DNA from: Cyanobacteria bacterium auto_48_18
Lineage (GTDB): Bacteria > Cyanobacteriota > Vampirovibrionia > Obscuribacterales > Obscuribacteraceae
Direction of reading: 5' to 3'
NCBI GenBank assembly: GCA_036170915.1
Contig: JAVHQC010000030.1
Location: 32,001-96,000 of the forward strand
Length of the DNA stretch: 64,000 nt
Every line of letters starts with the position of its first letter. The first letter of the stretch is position 1. Shown here piece after piece: positions 59,551-64,000 of this stretch. The position numbers were made by a program, and so were the translations under genes. Under the pieces are notes generated by a model. It saw only the letters and a list, made by a program, of their open reading frames with translations. It was not told the DNA's origin and searched no databases.

Positions 59551-60717
59551 CTATTTAATCTGCACAGGAGCTCTTTCACTCATCTGCATCTGAATACCCC
59601 GGGCATCCATTTCAGCCAGGAAAAGCTTACAGGGCACGGTGGTCTCCTGGCGCAAAACTCCCCGCTCAGTAATGTCACCGCGCGCAATCATCTGCGCCAC
59701 GATTGAAGCAGGAAATGCGGTCATGCGCATCATGGCCGTGAGACCAGCAGCTTGATCGGCATAGTCGATACAATCCCAGATAATCTGCACCGGTTTTTTC
59801 TCTCTCAGCCCTGAAACCATTACCCGCACAAGCACCACATCAGGCTCGTCTTTAGGCAATTTATCCGACAGCAATTTGAACAATAAATCACGAGGAATCT
59901 GCATACCTGAAGCAGTTTCCACAGGCTCTTTCGACATCATGCCCATGTCTTTCAAAGTATGCATAATGTCGCAGTGACCAGGATAGCGAATGGTTTTGTA
60001 GTCTAAATGCTGCACGCGTCCTAGATAGCTTTGCGGTAATGTGGAAATGCCGCCTGATGTATTGAACGCTTCCATGGTGCCGAATGGGCGCGGAAACTCA
60101 ATTGATTCATTGTCAGACAATGATGGCACTGAAAATATTTTACCGTCGCGAATGACTGTGCAGTCTTCGTAGTACTCGTTTATCAAGCCATCGATAGAAA
60201 ATACCTGGCAATAGTCCATAAAACAATCATCAGGATTGGCAGGTAAGCCACCTACTCTCAGGCGAATATCATAAATTTCGTCAAGACTTTCAGCGGCACT
60301 GACGGCTAGCAGTGACACCATACCTGGTGCCAGACCAAGATCAGGAATAATGGTTACACCCTGCTCTTTTGCTAACTCGTCTAGAGCAAATTCTTTAGCG
60401 ACAATTTCTTCGTTGCCACCAAGATCGATAAAGTGAGTTTTAGTGGCCAGGGCAATTTTGGCCAGTTCATAATTATGTTTGTAAGTGATGCAGCTTACGG
60501 CCACATCAATTTCGCCCATCAATTGCGCCAGCTCGTCGGTATTTGTAACGTCTAGTTCAACCGGGATAATTTTGTCGTCAGATAGTCGCTTGACTAGCTC
60601 TTTGAGGTTGTCGGTGTTGGCGTCGGCCACAACCACTCTCTCAACTTTGGCACCGCGAATGAGATCGTAAGCTACTGCATAGCCCATCTTTCCGGCACCT
60701 AGAACTAGAAATTTCAC
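59551..60717 (-). CDS. Saccharopine dehydrogenase / lysine 6-dehydrogenase family protein
   Basis: LGAGKMG, DLGGN, DLGLAPG, VGGLP, KTIRYPGH, AMMRMTAFP. Confidence 0.9.
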   Translation of the reverse strand: MKFLVLGAGKMGYAVAYDLIRGAKVERVVVADANTDNLKELVKRLSDDKIIPVELDVTNTDELAQLMGEIDVAVSCITYKHNYELAKIALATKTHFIDLGGNEEIVAKEFALDELAKEQGVTIIPDLGLAPGMVSLLAVSAAESLDEIYDIRLRVGGLPANPDDCFMDYCQVFSIDGLINEYYEDCTVIRDGKIFSVPSLSDNESIEFPRPFGTMEAFNTSGGISTLPQSYLGRVQHLDYKTIRYPGHCDIMHTLKDMGMMSKEPVETASGMQIPRDLLFKLLSDKLPKDEPDVVLVRVMVSGLREKKPVQIIWDCIDYADQAAGLTAMMRMTAFPASIVAQMIARGDITERGVLRQETTVPCKLFLAEMDARGIQMQMSERAPVQIK

Positions 60718-60771
60718 AATTCACCTCGAACTAAAACTAGTGGTTGGCATCTTAAGCCGACAATAATACTA

Positions 60772-61560
60772 CTAATAAGTTGAGCGGCGTTTACCACCGT
60801 CAACACAGATAGTGGAACCAGTGACATAAGCAGCCTGCACCGAAGCAAGGAAAGTTACCACGGCGGCAAACTCTTCAGGAGTGCCGAGTCGGCCACAAGG
60901 AATGTGCTTCAAATATTCACGGGTATACTCTTCTTTGCTCTGTCCACTTTTAGCCACTCGCGCGGTCATCAAATCGGTCAATCGGTCAGTAGCAATTGCT
61001 CCGGGAGCCACACAATTAACGGTTACGCCACTTGCAGCCAATTCGTCGGCCAGACTCTTAAGCATGGCAGTCACAGCAGCTCGCAGTGAATTAGAAATAG
61101 CCAGACCGGCGATGGGCTCCATCACAGATAGTGATGTAACGCATAACACCCGACCAAAGCCCCTCTCTTTCATACCAGGCACAAAAGCACAATTAAGTTC
61201 GGCTACTGATTGGAAAAGTTGCTCGAAACCAGCTTGCCAGTCATCATGACTAGTATTGGCTGTGTCACTAGGTTTGGGGCCGCCTACATTGTGCACCAGA
61301 ATATCAATGCCGCCCACAGTTTTATTCACATACTCTATAAGTGCTTTGCGGCTCTCGCTCTTGCTCAAATCAGAACTAAAAATATGCAGCGGAGTATTCT
61401 TACGCCAGAGTCCGGCAGCCAGGGCCTCCAGATTACCTTGATCGCGGCTTGCCGCCACAATTTCCACACCTTCCGCGCCGAGTGCCTGAACCACTGCCCG
61501 GCCAATGCCTTTTGACGCACCGGTGACAAGAGCTTTTTTACCGCGAATACCAAGATCCAT
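60772..61560 (-). CDS. Short-chain dehydrogenase/reductase
   Basis: TGASKGIG, NVGGP, SNSLR in place of YxxxK, VDGG. Confidence 0.92.
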   Translation of the reverse strand: MDLGIRGKKALVTGASKGIGRAVVQALGAEGVEIVAASRDQGNLEALAAGLWRKNTPLHIFSSDLSKSESRKALIEYVNKTVGGIDILVHNVGGPKPSDTANTSHDDWQAGFEQLFQSVAELNCAFVPGMKERGFGRVLCVTSLSVMEPIAGLAISNSLRAAVTAMLKSLADELAASGVTVNCVAPGAIATDRLTDLMTARVAKSGQSKEEYTREYLKHIPCGRLGTPEEFAAVVTFLASVQAAYVTGSTICVDGGKRRSTY

Positions 61561-61568
61561 TTTCTTGC

Positions 61569-63044
61569 CTATATTTTGTATTTGTACGAAATTGTTTTTG
61601 CCTCGGAGAAAAATTCGAGGCTGTAGCGGCCGCCTTCGCGGCCCATACCAGAAGATTTCTGGCCACCAAAAGGTGTTCTCAAATCACGAGCAAACCAGGT
61701 GTTAATCCAGATCATACCAGCGCGAATTTTTGCACTGGCACGCTCAAGGCGATCGATATCTTTGCTCCACACCGAAGCCGAAAGACCATATGGTGTGGCA
61801 TTAGCAAGTTCAATCGCTTCTTCTTCACTATCAAAAGGAAGTATTGGTAGAGCCGGCCCAAATATTTCTTCTTGCAAAAAGCGCGATTGAATTTTAAGCC
61901 CAGTAAAAACGGAAGGGCTGAGAAAATTACCTTCGCCAAGCTCAGTCAATCGCTCACCGCCACACTGGAGCTGCCCTTCAGCTTTTCCGATGGCTAGATA
62001 CGACTGCACTTTTTCCATGTGCTCGCGCGAAATAAGCGCACCCATATCAGTGTCTTTGCTGAGTGGATCACCTACTCTAATTTTCTGCACTCGCTCTACA
62101 ATTTTTTCCACTACTTGATCGTAGACTTTTCGCTCAACAAATAACCGAGAACCAGCCAGGCAAATCTGGCCTTGATTACGAAAAGCAGCTCTCACAGCAG
62201 TGGGAATAGCATCGTCGAGATCAGCGTCAGCAAATACTATGTTGGCACCCTTGCCACCTAATTCGAATGAGAGCTTCTTCAAAGTAGCGCTGGCAGCTTG
62301 CATGATAGCGCGGCCAGTGGAAGTTTCACCCGTGAAAGAAATGGAGCGCACGTCGGTGTGACGAGTCAGGGCTTCACCGGCACCACCAGCGCCGAAACCC
62401 TGCACGATATTAAAGACTCCCGGCGGCAAGCCGGCCTCTTGCATCACTTCAGCCAGCAAGAACGCCGTATATGGTGTCCACTCTGCCGGCTTGAGCACAA
62501 TGGTATTGCCCATAACCAGAGCCGGGGCTATCTTCCATGTAGCCAGATAAAGCGGCAAATTCCAGGGCGTTATTAAACCACAAACGCCCAGTGGCTCACG
62601 CACAGCTATGTGCCTTTCCCCAGGCGCTGTGCTGAATGTTTCTTCCACATAGCTGGCGGCAAAATCGGCAAAAAATTGAAAATTGAAAGCTGATCGTGGA
62701 ATGTCACCGTCAAAACTTTCGTTGATTGGTTTGCCTGAATCAGTACTTTCAGCAACAGCAAATTGCTCGCGCCTTTGCAAAATCAATGCGCCGATTTTAC
62801 GCAGAACATCACAACGCTCACGCATGGAAAGACGGGGCCAAGGGCCTTTTTCAAAAGCATTACGAGCGGCAGCCACAGCTCTGTCGATATCGTCGGTGGT
62901 GCCCAGTGCCACCAGTCCGTGTACTTTGCCTGTGGCTGGATTAATAGTCTCGAAAGTTTCTTTGCTCGACCCGCTTTGAAATTTTCCATCGATAAAATGT
63001 TCGATAGATATGAGCGAATTAGCCACAGCACCAGATCTAGACAT
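61569..63044 (-). CDS. Aldehyde dehydrogenase (2-hydroxy/2-aminomuconate semialdehyde dehydrogenase-like)
   Basis: DIPRSAFNF, PWNLP, FTGET, FELGGK, NQGQICLAGS, EEIFGP, RDLRTPFGG. Confidence 0.88.
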   Translation of the reverse strand: MSRSGAVANSLISIEHFIDGKFQSGSSKETFETINPATGKVHGLVALGTTDDIDRAVAAARNAFEKGPWPRLSMRERCDVLRKIGALILQRREQFAVAESTDSGKPINESFDGDIPRSAFNFQFFADFAASYVEETFSTAPGERHIAVREPLGVCGLITPWNLPLYLATWKIAPALVMGNTIVLKPAEWTPYTAFLLAEVMQEAGLPPGVFNIVQGFGAGGAGEALTRHTDVRSISFTGETSTGRAIMQAASATLKKLSFELGGKGANIVFADADLDDAIPTAVRAAFRNQGQICLAGSRLFVERKVYDQVVEKIVERVQKIRVGDPLSKDTDMGALISREHMEKVQSYLAIGKAEGQLQCGGERLTELGEGNFLSPSVFTGLKIQSRFLQEEIFGPALPILPFDSEEEAIELANATPYGLSASVWSKDIDRLERASAKIRAGMIWINTWFARDLRTPFGGQKSSGMGREGGRYSLEFFSEAKTISYKYKI

Positions 63045-63056
63045 ATTTTCCTCGCC

Positions 63057-63500
63057 TTAAGATGCGGTTGTAAAAGCAGCTATAGCCTTGATTTCAATAA
63101 AGTTGCGCCCTGGCAATTTTGCCACTTGCACAGTGGTGCGGCATGGTGGCACTGCCATGGCGAAATAGCGGCTATAAACCCTGTTGTATTTTTCAAAGTC
63201 GGCCATATCTGCTAAAAACACCGTCACGTCCACAACATCGGTATAGCCAAGGCCCGCTGCTTTCAAAACTGTGCCAAGGTTTTCAAGCACTCCTTGAGTT
63301 TGTACCTCAATATCGTATGCCAAAATTTCGCCTGCCGGGCCCAGAGTCAAACCCGCTTCTATCCCAGTCTCGACGTTGCGACAGCCTTGACCAGAAATAA
63401 AGAGCAAATTGCCCACCTGTAAAGCATGCGAATAATTGCCCAGAGGGCTGGGAGCGGAAGTACCACATTTAACTACGGTTTTAATAGAGGGCTCTGCCAT
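63057..63500 (-). CDS. RidA/YjgF family protein (possible 2-aminomuconate deaminase)
   Basis: YSHA, LFISGQ, PCRTTV, IEIKAIA. Confidence 0.88.
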   Translation of the reverse strand: MAEPSIKTVVKCGTSAPSPLGNYSHALQVGNLLFISGQGCRNVETGIEAGLTLGPAGEILAYDIEVQTQGVLENLGTVLKAAGLGYTDVVDVTVFLADMADFEKYNRVYSRYFAMAVPPCRTTVQVAKLPGRNFIEIKAIAAFTTAS

Positions 63501-63668
63501 TTTTTCTTACAACCATTACTTACAACAACTCAGTTTTTACACCATCAGATAGCCGAGAGAGCAGCTTGAAGCGAATTTATTAAGGTAAGAAATGGAGCCT
63601 GGCATGTTTGCACTTGAAGCTGCGAGAATTAGCAGCAAGAAAGCAAAGCTCACTAAAAAGACATCACT

Positions 63669-64000
63669 ATGACTCAAACCGAGACCCTCACTATGGCAAC
63701 CACAACCGGCCACGATCTGCCCTGGCAGCCGATTTTTACCATTGAGCGCAGCGGTCGCAAAGAAGTTACCGTATACGGCATTGTCGCACTGGTCGAGGGT
63801 CTAGGCTCAATCACATCCACTACGCAGTCAATCAATGCGGTACGGCCCATTACCGAACTCGGTGACACCTCATATCAGGTGTGGAGCCGTTCAACTTTGA
63901 AACCATGGCAACTGCTTCAACATCTGGATATTCTCAAAAATCATTATCCGGCTTTAACTGACGAGCATCTCGCTCTCTGCATGGCCTCGCACAGTGCCGA
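63669..64000 (+). CDS. L-asparaginase II family protein (Rhizobium AnsA type), truncated by the window end; not in the ORF track
   Basis: Own translation contains RSTLKPWQ and LALCMASHSA, matching the family motifs RSxxKPxQ and ASHSGE. Confidence 0.8.
   Translation, partial: MTQTETLTMATTTGHDLPWQPIFTIERSGRKEVTVYGIVALVEGLGSITSTTQSINAVRPITELGDTSYQVWSRSTLKPWQLLQHLDILKNHYPALTDEHLALCMASHSA

Overview
A gene-dense bacterial chromosome segment with no CRISPR array, integrase, transposase or rRNA. It carries cyanobacterial-lineage genes (IctB-type O-antigen-ligase-like protein next to DUF4330, a HAS-barrel protein, a GHL10 hydrolase) but no photosynthesis genes, plus a cbb3/bc respiratory operon. This suggests a non-photosynthetic Cyanobacteriota relative (Vampirovibrionia/Melainabacteria, possibly Obscuribacterales); the assignment is inference. 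Housekeeping content: smpB, rpsL-rpsG-fusA (no tuf), tRNA-Val(GAC), tRNA-Cys(GCA), fmt-rsmB, pth, gcvPA, lepB, a group-2-like sigma factor, ABC permeases, DUF1800/DUF1501 and an amino-acid catabolic cluster. The most striking element is a 12-gene minus-strand respiratory operon (39360-48144): CcoN, CcoO-cytochrome c fusion, CcoS, diheme cytochrome c, Rieske protein, two cytochromes b, MvhD and four small membrane proteins, one of them missed by the ORF track. The two cytochromes b are complementarily degenerate. One keeps the Qo motif and heme bL ligands but has lost both heme bH histidines. The other keeps all four histidines, has a degenerate Qo motif and is fused to an HdrA-like 2x[4Fe-4S] domain followed by MvhD. 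This points to an asymmetric complex III-IV with a cytoplasmic Fe-S electron port. Other oddities: a sensor kinase broken by a single in-frame TAG, a probably catalytically dead RNase J paralog, a heptose kinase with a ~290-aa extension, a terminator inside the str operon, and tandem small paralogs sharing a C-terminal LPNxKxFSN motif. All calls come from motif recognition by eye; no database search was run.
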